Shown here: piece by piece, positions 50,523 through 60,466 of the stretch
Position numbering within the stretch: position 1 is the stretch's first letter
How the letters are laid out: each line of letters opens with the position of its first letter
Source: an uncultured Chthonomonadaceae bacterium
Lineage (GTDB): Bacteria; Armatimonadota; Chthonomonadetes; Chthonomonadales; Chthonomonadaceae
DNA: 64,000 bases
Reading direction: 5' to 3'
Assembly (NCBI GenBank): GCA_963835065.1
Contig: CAWIEK010000003.1
Coordinates: 163,449-227,448 of the forward strand
Program-made: the position numbers and the translations under genes
The notes under the pieces: generated by a model
What the model saw: only the letters and a program-made list of their open reading frames with translations
What the model was told of the DNA's origin: nothing
Databases searched by the model: none

Positions 50523-50656
50523 GGGAGAGTAGTCAGAAGTGAGTAGTCAGTAGTCAGTAGAAGTGCCTGTCTACTCAAAGTTTTGTGCAATGGAACCAAC
50601 TTACAAGAGTGAGTTCTACTGGCTACTGACTACTCACTTCTGACTACTCTCCCTCA
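50520..50656. repeat. Fold-back element, (GTAGTCA)n arms, overlapping both convergent stop codons
   Basis: 43-bp arms at 50520-50562 and 50614-50656 with 1 mismatch. Confidence 0.92.
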
Positions 50657-51000
50657 TACTCACACCCGCTCGTACACGTTTCCCGCACCACGATTTTATG
50701 CAGCAGGGGCAGGTTGGGATGCAATTGCTCCCAGACCCAGCGCGCGAGGTTTTCACTGGTGGGGTTTTCCAGCCCTTCGATGTCGTTAAGGTAGTTGTGA
50801 TCCAGTCGGTCGAAAATGGGCTGAAACGCCGCTTTCAGATCGGCAAAGTCCATCACCCATCCGGTATGGGGATCAACCTCGCCGCGCACATGGACCTCAA
50901 TGCCGAAGGAATGACCGTGCAGGCGGGCGCATTTATGGCCGGGGGGGACATTGGGCAGCCGGTGCGCCGCTTCGATTGTAAATACCTTGTAAATGTCCAT
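50644..51000 (-). CDS. queD: 6-carboxytetrahydropterin synthase
   Basis: [45 protein letters not shown]. Confidence 0.96.
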   Translation of the reverse strand: MDIYKVFTIEAAHRLPNVPPGHKCARLHGHSFGIEVHVRGEVDPHTGWVMDFADLKAAFQPIFDRLDHNYLNDIEGLENPTSENLARWVWEQLHPNLPLLHKIVVRETCTSGCEYEGE

Positions 51001-51023
51001 GTGTCGTTGCAGTATACTCGCGC

Positions 51024-51887
51024 CTATTCGGAATCGAGCGCATACACGCCGCTGTAAACGGACTCTGCCGGGCCGGTCATGCAAATCGTGCCGCCGGGTT
51101 CCCATGCTATCGAAAGTTGCCCCCCCTTGCTGGCAATCGTAACGGCCTTATGGGGCGAAACTATGCCTTGCAGAATGGCGGCAACGGCGGCGGCGCAGGC
51201 TCCGGTTCCGCACCCCCATGTTTCTCCCGCGCCCCGCTCCCAAATACGCAGTTGCAATCTTGATTCGTTTTCCCTGAAGCACCACATCAGGCTGGTTCGT
51301 TCAGGAAACAACGGATGGTGTTCTACCTGCGGGCTGATACCAAAAAACTCAGCATCGTCCGGCAGGGCAGGCACAAAGGCAACAGCATGAGTGCTTCCCG
51401 TAGACAGCGCGGTAATGGGTAAACAGCGCCCCCCCTCCAATTCCAATGCGTAATTGACAACCGAATCGCCGGTTACGCGCATGGGAATATCTTCAGGCCG
51501 GAAGCGCGGCTCCCCCATATCAACCTTGACCGCCTCAATTCCCCCCGTACTGTCCCGCAATATTTGCGCCGAACGTACTCCGGCAAGCGTCTGCACTTTC
51601 AATGTATCCGCAGCAACAATGCCCTGTTCCACCGCGAAGCGGGCCAGGCAGCGCAGACCATTACCGCACACATCCGGCGTCCCATCCGGGTTGTACATCC
51701 GCATCAGAATATCGGCGATGTGGTGGGTATCCAGAACAAGCAAGCCATCCGCGCCAATGCCCCGATGCCGGTCACACATCGCAACCGCCAGCATCGGCCA
51801 GTCTTCCTCGTTCCCATGCCGGCCATCCACGACCACAAAGTCGTTGCCAACGCCCTGCATCTTCGTAAACGGCAGATGTAATGCCAA
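51024..51887 (-). CDS. dapF: Diaminopimelate epimerase
   Basis: [50 protein letters not shown] before TTG at 51887. Confidence 0.93.
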   Translation of the reverse strand: MALHLPFTKMQGVGNDFVVVDGRHGNEEDWPMLAVAMCDRHRGIGADGLLVLDTHHIADILMRMYNPDGTPDVCGNGLRCLARFAVEQGIVAADTLKVQTLAGVRSAQILRDSTGGIEAVKVDMGEPRFRPEDIPMRVTGDSVVNYALELEGGRCLPITALSTGSTHAVAFVPALPDDAEFFGISPQVEHHPLFPERTSLMWCFRENESRLQLRIWERGAGETWGCGTGACAAAVAAILQGIVSPHKAVTIASKGGQLSIAWEPGGTICMTGPAESVYSGVYALDSE

Positions 51888-51906
51888 AGTACGCTCCAGA
51901 AATGCC

Positions 51907-52069
51907 TTCACCACAGAGGCACAGAGACACAGAGGTTTCACAGAGAAAAGAAGAAAAGGAGATGGGGAGAAAAGGAGAGATAGGAACCGTTTGGCTCGTG
52001 TCTTTCGCGGTTCCTATCTCTCCATATTCCCTCTGTGAAACCTCTGTGTCTCTGTGCCTCTGTGGTGAA
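51907..52069. repeat. Fold-back element, (CACAGAGA)n arms, with an internal 16-bp hairpin
   Basis: Perfect 39-bp arms at 51907-51945 and 52031-52069; inner GGAGAGATAGGAACCG/CGGTTCCTATCTCTCC. Confidence 0.92.
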
Positions 52070-52084
52070 ACGTATTCGCGTGTA

Positions 52085-52963
52085 TTAGCCCTTGAGAGCC
52101 TCCGCGCCGCCGACGATTTCAGAGATTTCGCGCGTGATGCCCGCCTGCCGCGCCCGGTTCAATTGCAGCGTCAGCGTGCTGATCATTTTGCCCGCGTTGT
52201 CCGTAGCGGAACTCATCGCGGTCATGCGCGCGCCGTGTTCGCTGGCGGTCGCTTCCAAAATCGCCTGATACACTTGCCCTTCCACATAGCGGGGCAAAAG
52301 CGCGGACAGCAGTTCATCGGCGGACGGCTCGAAAATGTAATCTTCCTGTTCGCCGGGGTGCGCGGGGTTTTCTTCCTCCACGTTCGGCGTTTGGATGGGC
52401 AGCAACTGCACGTCCATCGGCTTCTGCGTAATGGCGGTGTAGAAGCGGGTGTACAGCAGGAAAAGCTGGTCTATCTCTTCCGTTTCAAACGCCTGCCGCA
52501 CAATGCGCGTAATGTCTTTGGCTTCGGCGTAGGACAGGCCCGTATTGGGAATGTTGAACTCCTCCACCACGTTGTAGCCGCGCCGCCGGAAGAACTGAAT
52601 CCCCTTTTTGCCGACAAGGTACAATTTCAGGCGCTCCTTGTCGAAGTCGCGCAGCAATTCGTTGGCGCGGCGCAGCATGGCCGAGTTATAGGAACCGGCC
52701 AAACCGCGATCTGACGTGACGATAAGAAAGCCGATGTTGCGCGGCGTCCGCGAAGCCAGAAGCGGATGCTTGATCTCGCCGCCCACTGCCGACGCGAGGC
52801 TGGTCATCATGTCGCGCATGGTTTCGGAATACGGACGCGCGGCCTGTACCCGATCCTGCGCGCGTTTCAATCGCGCCGCCGCGACCATTTTCATGGCTTT
52901 GGTAATCTGCTGAATGTTTTTGGCGACTTTGATCCGCTGTCGCACCTGTCGAATGGTTGCCAT
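52085..52963 (-). CDS. atpG: ATP synthase gamma subunit
   Basis: ITKAMKMVAAA, SDRGLAG, SEHGARMTAMSSATDNA, NRARQAGITREISEIVGGA. Confidence 0.98.
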   Translation of the reverse strand: MATIRQVRQRIKVAKNIQQITKAMKMVAAARLKRAQDRVQAARPYSETMRDMMTSLASAVGGEIKHPLLASRTPRNIGFLIVTSDRGLAGSYNSAMLRRANELLRDFDKERLKLYLVGKKGIQFFRRRGYNVVEEFNIPNTGLSYAEAKDITRIVRQAFETEEIDQLFLLYTRFYTAITQKPMDVQLLPIQTPNVEEENPAHPGEQEDYIFEPSADELLSALLPRYVEGQVYQAILEATASEHGARMTAMSSATDNAGKMISTLTLQLNRARQAGITREISEIVGGAEALKG

Positions 52964-53006
52964 ATTAATTCCTTGTCAAACCGCGAAGAAACTCACTGTC
53001 GAAATC

Positions 53007-53038
53007 GAACCGCAAAGACGCAAAGCAAGCAAAGAAGT
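53007..53038. repeat. Solo arm of the GAACCGCAAAG family
   Basis: cgaaccgcaaagacgcaaagcaagcaaagaag, between the DUF2283-like gene and the atpG RBS. Confidence 0.7.
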
Positions 53039-53054
53039 AGACTAAATGGGCTGA

Positions 53055-53345
53055 TTATGCCGCAAGCAATGGGACGGCTTGCTTTTCAATACACTCCGCG
53101 ATAGAGGACAAGGTTAGATAGTCAACCTTGCCGCTTCCATAGTGTTCCCACCAGCATACAAACGTAATTCCTGCGAAATTGTCTTCTTCATCCCGGAACA
53201 CGGTAAAGCCTTCATCCGTTTCCTCACCAATCACCATTTTACCACGTGAAGCAACCGAGCGAATGTAGAGAACGTCCGCAAAGACATCATAGTGATAAGA
53301 GTATGTATCGTTGATATAACCTTCTATAGTGTCACTTGTAACCAT
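53055..53345 (-). CDS. DUF2283-like small acidic protein (putative antitoxin)
   Basis: YHYDVFADVLYI..GEETDEGFTVFRDEEDNFAGITF. Confidence 0.6.
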   Translation of the reverse strand: MVTSDTIEGYINDTYSYHYDVFADVLYIRSVASRGKMVIGEETDEGFTVFRDEEDNFAGITFVCWWEHYGSGKVDYLTLSSIAECIEKQAVPLLAA

Positions 53346-53369
53346 GATCTAATCCTTCGATGGGTGGCA

Positions 53370-53687
53370 TCAGGGAGATGGCTGCCATTCCACGACTCCC
53401 GCTCTCATCTTTCTTACGAAAAACGCCGTTTTCACAAAGCCAGCGCTCACGTCGGCAACAACAGTTACAAGCACTGTAGCGCGTGGCCCAACTCCGTAGT
53501 AGACACGGCAGTTTGCATTTGTTGCGCTGAACTGAATCTCCATCGGCGCGGTGATTGCCTGTTTGACCAGTTCCCGATGGGATAGCATCTCAGGGTGGCC
53601 GTCTGCCGCAACGATATGTCCGAACCATCTGTGGTCGCTGAGAATAATCGCGCGTCCTAATGGGTCTGTCAAGGTTTCATCAGGCAT
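53370..53687 (-). CDS. Small putative BECR/RelE-like nuclease (putative toxin)
   Basis: DPLGRAIIL..RWFGHI..HPEM..AITAP..VYY..VVA..GFVKTAF; paired with the DUF2283-like gene. Confidence 0.5.
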   Translation of the reverse strand: MPDETLTDPLGRAIILSDHRWFGHIVAADGHPEMLSHRELVKQAITAPMEIQFSATNANCRVYYGVGPRATVLVTVVADVSAGFVKTAFFVRKMRAGVVEWQPSP

Positions 53688-53877
53688 ATCTATTTTACCT
53701 TGTTTTATCTTGGAGAGCAGAAAGCCGTTCGTCTATAGGAGCATTGTTCGCGCTTGCTGCGCTACAAAACTTCTGATACCTCTTGCGCTTTCATAAAACG
53801 AATCCAAGAGACACCCGTGTTTTAGAACCTCTCCCAAGAGGCGCGGCATTTGCGTCTGTAGGACGCTTGCACTTTCC

Positions 53878-53901
53878 TGCCGGGGATTTTCAATCCCCGG
53901 C
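53878..53901. repeat. REP-like palindrome
   Basis: GCCGGGGATTTTCAATCCCCGGC. Confidence 0.55.
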
Positions 53902-54201
53902 CTATCGGCATAGGCTCACAAGAAACAAATAAAAAACCTCACAACGCAAAACAAATGAACCCTTTGCCCGATACAGCCGTCTAAACAGTAGAACAACGTC
54001 TGCTATACAGATGTTAAACATGAAGGGAGGTGCAAGTCCTATGTTTCACCCCTCCCGTTCGCCCTGACGCTTTGGAGGCCACGACGCCTCTCTCCTACAA
54101 CCAGACACAACGAGACACCGGGCTGGAAGCGCTGTATTGCCAAGATTTCGACGCTGCCTCTACATATCTTTTTTTCTACATACCCGTTTCCCAACGTAAT
54201 T

Positions 54202-56535
54202 TTACCTTGTTTTGGTACGCACCGCGGAAAGCAGTTCGTCTACGAGCGCGTTGTTGGCTCCGGTTGGGTCGTTCGGGTAGCGGGCGGCTATGTCTAAGGC
54301 GAAACGGCGGAACTCGTCTAGCGAGACGGCGCGTTTGCCGTTCTTTTCCGACAGGTAGGACGCGCCCACAATGGCGGAACAGTCGGCTCCGAATTGCGCG
54401 GTCATCAGGCTTTGCTGATTGTTCTGGATGCAGGACACCATGTTCAGGATTTCGCCGTAAAACGAGGACGGCCAGTGCTGCCAGTTGGAGCCGGATGCGC
54501 GGAACCGGCGCGTTTCCTGCCCCTTGATGTCGCACACCACCGCGAAACGCTTGCCGTCTTCCTGCGCCATTTTGATGCTGCCGGTTGTGCCGATGTACGC
54601 GGTATCCGGCGAGTCCTGTTCGCTCCACGAGCCTTCTACGTGCGCGGTTGTCCAGGCGTTGGTTTTGGCGTCCTCGAAACGGATCAGAATATGGGCGTCG
54701 TCGTCAACCGTAATGTGCTGGTACTTGCCGTCAATGATGCGGTCGGGCATACGGATGCTCATGCCGAACGGCGCGGCGGCTTTTACAAGCGTGGGCGTTT
54801 TATCTAATCCGGCAATGAACCACGCCGCGCCGATGGCATGGATGCCGTTGTCAAGTAACGCGCCACCGCCGCCAAAGTCGGAATTCCAAAAGCGCGGGTT
54901 GCCTTCCGGCCCGCCGTGCGCCTGCGTCAGAAACATCATCGTCAGTTCGCCGATAGCGCCCGCGTCCACCAGTTTCTTGACCGTGTAATAGTCCGGTTCG
55001 AACAGCCAGTTTTCGTTGTGCTGGTAAAACTTGCCCGTCCGCTCAATGGTTTGTATCAACTGCTGCGATTCCAGCCAACTGCGCGAAATCGGCTTTTCGC
55101 ACATCACATGAAACCCGGCCTCCAATGCCTCAATCGCAAGCGGCGTATGCAGCAGGGGTTGGGTGCAAATGTCCACCAGGTCGGGCTTGATGATTTCAAT
55201 CACTTCGCTGATGTCGTCGCACAACTGAATGGTTTCCAGATCGGTTTCCAGGCGCTCGGCAGCCAGAATATCCCCGGCTTCCAATGCCTGATGGATTTTG
55301 GCTTCCATCAGCGTCTGGTACTTTTTGTACGCCAGGTCCAGCGCGGTTTTGTCCGGGTCGCACAGCGCTACAAGCTGCGCCTGCGCAATGTCCGGGTAGC
55401 AGGGCAGATGCGCCCCGCGAAAAATGTTGCCTGTGCCGATGGCGGCCACGCGAACGCGCGGAGCGGTTTCCATGCGTGAAGACTCCTGAGAGATTTTCGA
55501 TTGACGATTTTCGATTTTCGATTGTAGGGGCTGGATTTTCGATTGTGGCGGTTGGATTTCCGATTGACGATTTTCGATTGACGATTGCTGCTCTTCGGCT
55601 AACGCTTGCGTCTCGTCGCTGACAGAGGGCGTATTCTCGCTGCTCGCTTGCGGGCTTTCGATTGTGACGGGCGGCAGTTCGGCGACATCGCTTTTACCGT
55701 TATCCGGCGCGGCGTTGGGAGGAGCGTTTGCTAAATCCGGCGCGGCGGGATGAGGCGGTGTGTTTACCGCTTCCGTTGTGGCGGGTTGCGGCAGCAAAGG
55801 CTGCGGGTGGGGCGCGTCGGCAGGCGACTCTTCCAGTTCAAGGTAATTGGCGCGGGCAGGGGGCAACTGCGGCAGGGGCGTGGTTCCTCCCGTCAATCCG
55901 AGATGCTGTTCCAGTTGAGCAAGCATCTGTTCGGCGCTTGCGTCGCTGTCAAGCGCAGGCTTTGCGTCTCCCTGTTCCCTGTAACCTGTAACCTGTAACC
56001 TGTCCCCTATTCCCTGCATCCCACGTGACCCGATGATTTCTTCCCGCGCCTGCGCTTCCCGCGTCAAATTGGCGATTTTGCTGCTGGCGCGTTCCCACAG
56101 GCTGTCGGCCTCGGTTTCCAACGCCCCGGACGCATGGGCTTCCACCTGCGCGGCGGTATAGCGGGTATAACGCGCCTGCACCTCGTTGATGGTGCGCAGA
56201 AGGGTGGCTTCGTCTTCGGGCAGGCTGATTTTGGCGGCTTCGGCTTCCGCTTCCGCCTGTGTTCGCAGGACGCGCGTCCGCTCCAACTCTTCGCCAAGCC
56301 GGGTCAGTTCCTGCCGTATCTGCTCCACCAGCCCCGTATTCTGCGCCCGCTCCGCCAGCCCGGAACCCCGTTCCAGTTCGGCAATGCGCTTTTCCAGCCG
56401 GGTTTCGTCCTCCTGAAGCTGGCTGCGGCGCATCACGCGCAAAACGACGCTCTCGCGCAGTTGGCGCAAGGCGTCGCGTAATTCGGCTACCTGCTCACGA
56501 AGCATCTCTTGTGGGTTTTGGCCGGGTTCGGGCAT
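54202..56535 (-). CDS. PspA/IM30-like coiled coil, Pro-rich linker and Gfo/Idh/MocA oxidoreductase in one frame
   Basis: CAGGAG-ATG at 56535; helical N-terminal ~210 aa; oxidoreductase from METAPRVRVAAIGTG, with HVMCEKP and GGGALLDNGIH; internal CAGGAG-ATG at 55473. Confidence 0.75.
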   Translation of the reverse strand: MPEPGQNPQEMLREQVAELRDALRQLRESVVLRVMRRSQLQEDETRLEKRIAELERGSGLAERAQNTGLVEQIRQELTRLGEELERTRVLRTQAEAEAEAAKISLPEDEATLLRTINEVQARYTRYTAAQVEAHASGALETEADSLWERASSKIANLTREAQAREEIIGSRGMQGIGDRLQVTGYREQGDAKPALDSDASAEQMLAQLEQHLGLTGGTTPLPQLPPARANYLELEESPADAPHPQPLLPQPATTEAVNTPPHPAAPDLANAPPNAAPDNGKSDVAELPPVTIESPQASSENTPSVSDETQALAEEQQSSIENRQSEIQPPQSKIQPLQSKIENRQSKISQESSRMETAPRVRVAAIGTGNIFRGAHLPCYPDIAQAQLVALCDPDKTALDLAYKKYQTLMEAKIHQALEAGDILAAERLETDLETIQLCDDISEVIEIIKPDLVDICTQPLLHTPLAIEALEAGFHVMCEKPISRSWLESQQLIQTIERTGKFYQHNENWLFEPDYYTVKKLVDAGAIGELTMMFLTQAHGGPEGNPRFWNSDFGGGGALLDNGIHAIGAAWFIAGLDKTPTLVKAAAPFGMSIRMPDRIIDGKYQHITVDDDAHILIRFEDAKTNAWTTAHVEGSWSEQDSPDTAYIGTTGSIKMAQEDGKRFAVVCDIKGQETRRFRASGSNWQHWPSSFYGEILNMVSCIQNNQQSLMTAQFGADCSAIVGASYLSEKNGKRAVSLDEFRRFALDIAARYPNDPTGANNALVDELLSAVRTKTR
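55492..55586. repeat. In-frame solo (AATCGAA/AATCGTC)n array
   Basis: Encodes SIENRQSEIQPPQSKIQPLQSKIENRQSKI. Confidence 0.8.
55971..56016. repeat. In-frame solo (CCTGTAA)n array
   Basis: Encodes QGIGDRLQVTGYREQG. Confidence 0.7.
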
Positions 56536-56552
56536 GGTTGCTCCTGCGGAGC

Positions 56553-56671
56553 AGGCATTAGGCATTAGGCATTAGGCATTAGGAAAATCCACAGAGACGT
56601 GGTACGACATGATGAACGAACAACACGTATTGGCTTTCCTAATGCCTAATGCCTAATGCCTAATGCCTGCC
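56553..56671. mobile_element. Fold-back element with (GGCATTA)4 arms, copy 1 (MITE-like)
   Basis: 118/119 identical to the reverse complement of 60467-60585. Confidence 0.85.
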
Positions 56672-58375
56672 CTACGGCTTAAACTGCGCCTTAAACGCGG
56701 TGATGGCTTTCACGAGCGCGTCTTCCGTGTCTTTGTCCAGGTCTTTGGTGCGGCCCAGTTTTTCCATGATGTCGGGGTAGCTTTCCGCCATGAAGGGGTG
56801 GAACTGCTCCTCGAACTTGCGCACGGACGCGACGGGAATATCATCCAGAAAGCCGTTGTTGCCGGCGTAGATAATCGTTACCTGCTGCTCAACGGGCATC
56901 GGGTGGTTTGCCGGCTGCTTCAGCACTTCCACCAGGCGCATGCCGCGCTCCAACTGGTCGCGGGTCGCTTTGTCAAGGTCGGACGCGAACTGCGAGAACG
57001 CCTGCACTTCGCGGAACTGCGCCAATTGCAGGCGCATGTTGCCGCCCACTTTGCTGCCCTTCATCGCCGATACCTGCGCGGAACGGCCTACGCGGGAAAC
57101 CGAAATGCCGACGTTGATGGCGGGGCGAACGCCCGAATAAAACAGGTCGGGTTCCAGGAATATCTGGCCGTCCGTAATGGAAATCACGTTGGTCGGGATA
57201 TACGCGGACACGTCGGACGCCTGCGTTTCGATGATGGGAAGCGCGGTCAGGCTGCCGCCCGTGCCGGGAAGCATACGGATTTCCAGATCGCCCGCGTTGG
57301 GCAGGGCCGCAAGGTCTTTTTTGGCATGGTCGCGGCCTTCGCCGCTCTGGTAGATTTGTCCGTTGACGCCGGTTTTCGTGCCGCCCTCGGCGGTCTTGTC
57401 CACGATGATGTAATCTTCGCGCATTTTGGCGGCGCGTTCCAGCAGGCGGCTGTGGATATAAAACACGTCGCCCGGATACGCTTCGCGTCCCGGCGGGCGG
57501 CGCAGCAGGAGCGATACCTGCCGATACGCAACCGCGTGTTTGGAAAGGTCATCATACACGACAAGCGCGTGCTGTCCCTTGTCGCGGAAGTATTCGCCCA
57601 GTGTCGCGCCCGTATAGGGCGCGATATATTGCAGGGGCGCGGGGTCGGCGGCGGTTGCGGCCACGATGATGGTGTAATCCAGCGCGCCCGCTTCTTCCAG
57701 AATGTTGCGCACGTTTTGAATCGTGGTCGCTTTCTGGCCGATGGCAACGTAGATACAAACCACGTCGCCGCCCTTCTGGTTGATGATCGTATCCAGCGCG
57801 ACGGCGGTTTTGCCGATGCCGCGATCTCCGATAATCAACTCGCGCTGTCCGCGTCCGATGGGAACAAGCGCGTCAACCGCTTTCAATCCGGTTTGCAGCG
57901 GCTGCTTCACGGGCTGGCGGTCCACAACGCCCGGCGCTCCGGCTTCCACAAACGCGGTTTGCGTCGTGATAATCGGGCCTTTGCCGTCCAGAGGATCGCC
58001 GACAGCATTGATAAGCCGGCCCAGCATCGCTTCGCCAACGGGAACTTCGATGATTTTCCCGGTGCGGCGAACGGTCGTGCCTTCCTTGATCTGCTCGTCC
58101 GCGCCCAGAATGATGGTTCCGACGTTGTCTTCTTCCAGGTTCAGGGCGAGCGCGCGGATGGTAGCGCCGTTTTCATCCACAATGACGTTGTTGTTGACGT
58201 CCACGAACTCCAGCAGTTCCGACACCATGCAGTCTTTCAAGCCGTACACGCGGGCGATACCGTCGCCGACTTGCAGCACGGTTCCCACGCCCACTTCGGC
58301 AAGCTGGTCGCGCTTGTTGTACGTTTCCAGCTCCCGCTCTAAAATCGAAGTTATTTCTTCCGGGCGAATAGCCAT
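56672..58375 (-). CDS. atpA: ATP synthase alpha subunit (567 aa, with insertions)
   Basis: [57 protein letters not shown]. Confidence 0.98.
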   Translation of the reverse strand: MAIRPEEITSILERELETYNKRDQLAEVGVGTVLQVGDGIARVYGLKDCMVSELLEFVDVNNNVIVDENGATIRALALNLEEDNVGTIILGADEQIKEGTTVRRTGKIIEVPVGEAMLGRLINAVGDPLDGKGPIITTQTAFVEAGAPGVVDRQPVKQPLQTGLKAVDALVPIGRGQRELIIGDRGIGKTAVALDTIINQKGGDVVCIYVAIGQKATTIQNVRNILEEAGALDYTIIVAATAADPAPLQYIAPYTGATLGEYFRDKGQHALVVYDDLSKHAVAYRQVSLLLRRPPGREAYPGDVFYIHSRLLERAAKMREDYIIVDKTAEGGTKTGVNGQIYQSGEGRDHAKKDLAALPNAGDLEIRMLPGTGGSLTALPIIETQASDVSAYIPTNVISITDGQIFLEPDLFYSGVRPAINVGISVSRVGRSAQVSAMKGSKVGGNMRLQLAQFREVQAFSQFASDLDKATRDQLERGMRLVEVLKQPANHPMPVEQQVTIIYAGNNGFLDDIPVASVRKFEEQFHPFMAESYPDIMEKLGRTKDLDKDTEDALVKAITAFKAQFKP

Positions 58376-58428
58376 AATCGAGTAGCCTTTTCCTGTTGTA
58401 TGCGCAATATCAGCGCTGCTGCTAAAAC

Positions 58429-59067
58429 CTACTTCAGCTTGTAGGATTTCAGAATCCCGGTGACTTCAAACGCGCCGATTTTAGCGTACTGCTTGACAAG
58501 CCCGACATTGGGCGCAAACCAGTAGTCGTTGGGCGCGTTCAGCGTTTGCCCCTGCGCCATGATGACCAGGGCGCTGTGGACTTTCATCGCTGAGAAGGTT
58601 CCCGCCGGCGTTTTGATGGAGGTCGGACCGGAAACCGTCAGGGTAGACGTGCCTTTAGAAACGACGCCATTGGCGGTGATGTTACCCTTCCATGTCCAGG
58701 TGGTTCCGGCTTTCATCGGGTACTTGATGATGGGCAAGCCGGGTGCAATAGTTCCCGAACCGCCCTGCCCCGAAGACAGGCGAGTCACGTCCGTCGGCGT
58801 GGTTCGATAGGTTTCTACCTGTATGTTGTTGCCCGCCATCGTGTAGCCGAGTGTGGCGACGGAACCGCCTTTGTCAGCCTTGACATCGGTGACGGTAATC
58901 GTCTGGTCAAAGGTTTTGTTCTGAACGGTGGTTGACAGTACCCAGGTAGAGCCTTGCTTGAGCGGCCAGTAACTGACCGGGGTGGCAGGCTCCGCGCCCA
59001 GGCGCGTCCCGGTCAGCAGCAAGGCAACGGCTCCGAAGGCAAAGCATTTTTGTTGTATGGTTTTCAT
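58429..59067 (-). CDS. Secreted beta-rich hypothetical protein inside the atp operon
   Basis: Signal peptide; [30 protein letters not shown]. Confidence 0.75.
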   Translation of the reverse strand: MKTIQQKCFAFGAVALLLTGTRLGAEPATPVSYWPLKQGSTWVLSTTVQNKTFDQTITVTDVKADKGGSVATLGYTMAGNNIQVETYRTTPTDVTRLSSGQGGSGTIAPGLPIIKYPMKAGTTWTWKGNITANGVVSKGTSTLTVSGPTSIKTPAGTFSAMKVHSALVIMAQGQTLNAPNDYWFAPNVGLVKQYAKIGAFEVTGILKSYKLK

Positions 59068-59109
59068 TTGCGCGGTGTCCTTTAGTCGCCATTCAGGTTG
59101 GCTGTGGCG

Positions 59110-59661
59110 TTAGGCTTCCAGCAGCAATTGTTCGCGCAGGCGTTCCAGTGTGCCGCGAACGCTGCCGTCAATAATAGTGTCCTGCATACGCACGACAACC
59201 CCGCCCAAGATTTCGGGGTCAATGCTGGTAATCAACTGCACATGCGAACCCGTGCGCTGTTCCAGGCTGCGAATCAAATCCGTTTGCTCGTCGGGCGTGG
59301 GCATAACGGCAAAGGTGGCTTCGGCGCGAACCAGATGCCGCGCCAGGTCGGCAAGTTCCCGAATTTCCCGTTCCACGCCCGTCAGAACTTCCTCGCGCCG
59401 CTTGTCAATCAGCAGATGCAGGAACGAAAGCGTGAGTTTGTCTACAGAGTTGCCCAGCGTCTTCTGGATAATGTCGCGCTTGCGGCTGGCGGGAATCAGC
59501 GGGCTATGCCACAAGTCGTTCAAAGCGGGCATTTGCCGCATCAAGTCCATGACGTTGTGAACGTCTTTTTCCACTTGGTCCAGGCTGCCGGCCTTTTGCG
59601 CGGCCTCGAACAAAGCGGTGGCGTAGCGCTTGGCGGCGCGAATATCGTGTCCTCCAGCCAT
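59110..59661 (-). CDS. atpH: ATP synthase delta subunit
   Basis: AAKRYATALF, IDPEILGGVVVRMQDTIIDGSVRGTL. Confidence 0.95.
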   Translation of the reverse strand: MAGGHDIRAAKRYATALFEAAQKAGSLDQVEKDVHNVMDLMRQMPALNDLWHSPLIPASRKRDIIQKTLGNSVDKLTLSFLHLLIDKRREEVLTGVEREIRELADLARHLVRAEATFAVMPTPDEQTDLIRSLEQRTGSHVQLITSIDPEILGGVVVRMQDTIIDGSVRGTLERLREQLLLEA

Positions 59662-59663
59662 AG

Positions 59664-60446
59664 TTACGCTCCCTCCTGTCCGCTCGGCGCGTTAAACGTG
59701 TTGAAGCCGGGGAACGCGGTGTCTTCCGTCGCGCTTGTGCCGGGCGTGGGCGTTCCGAACGACATGGCTCCGGGCGTTATCGGTGACGGCTGGCTGGTGA
59801 CGGGTGGCTGGTGTCCGGCGTCTACAGGCTGGCTTGCGGCAAGGGTAGGCGCAACGGGCGCGGCGAGCGTGACAACCGTATCGGCAATCGCGGTATTTTG
59901 ACCGTTGCCTTGCGCAGCCACGTCTCCACTCTCTCTGTGCGCAACCTGCCCGATAAAGTTGCGGATAAGTTGGCGCTGTACCTGATCGTTGTTCTGCGTA
60001 CGAATCGCCTGCTCCGCCGCGTCCAGCGTGATTTGAACCATTTGCTGACGCAGGAGGATACGCTGCCGGGTACGTTCCCGGCCAATCTCTTCTTCGCCCC
60101 TGCGCTGCACAAGGCGGGCAGTGTCGTTGGCTTCCGCAATGATGTCGGCGCGGGCATTGTCGGCGTCGCGCACGGCAGCGCCGATACGTTCGCGCTGCTC
60201 CTGCTCGATGCCGCCGATGCGGTTGGAGTAGTCGTTGCGCAGCTGCGCGATGTCGCGCAACTGGCGGTCAACCTGCAGCGTGTCGGTTTCGATGCGCGTA
60301 GCGCGCTCGTTCAGCATGCCTTTCGCGCCCGGAAGCGCGAAGCGATACAGCAGCAAGACCAACAAAACCAGGCCGACAATCGTTGCCAGCAGGTCTTTAG
60401 GATGCTCTACGAACCAGGGGCCAAAACCAAAAGGATGTGCGAACAC
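59664..60446 (-). CDS. atpF: ATP synthase b subunit with a Pro/Thr/Ala-rich C-terminal extension
   Basis: GGAG before GTG at 60446; TM helix, LNERATRIE, coiled coil, QRQLIRNFI; operon position. Confidence 0.85.
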   Translation of the reverse strand: MFAHPFGFGPWFVEHPKDLLATIVGLVLLVLLLYRFALPGAKGMLNERATRIETDTLQVDRQLRDIAQLRNDYSNRIGGIEQEQRERIGAAVRDADNARADIIAEANDTARLVQRRGEEEIGRERTRQRILLRQQMVQITLDAAEQAIRTQNNDQVQRQLIRNFIGQVAHRESGDVAAQGNGQNTAIADTVVTLAAPVAPTLAASQPVDAGHQPPVTSQPSPITPGAMSFGTPTPGTSATEDTAFPGFNTFNAPSGQEGA

Positions 60447-60466
60447 GATGGAAACTCCATCTGAGA

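Noticed and set aside
54001..54200. Hairpin-sequestered GGGAGG and a short frame with LEALYCQDFDAASTYLFFY, faintly like an ECF sigma N-terminus or a type I toxin leader
   Set aside because: Too short and degenerate to support; the longer ORF overlaps the convergent gene
56536..56565. ORF-track N-termini MPNAC.. (also 60482, 37651, 34882, 51941, 9528, 7467)
   Set aside because: These starts fall in or upstream of repeat arms; better RBS-linked starts lie downstream
56663..58342. 559-aa plus-strand ORF
   Set aside because: Codon-aligned antisense of atpA; its ATG comes from the repeat arm
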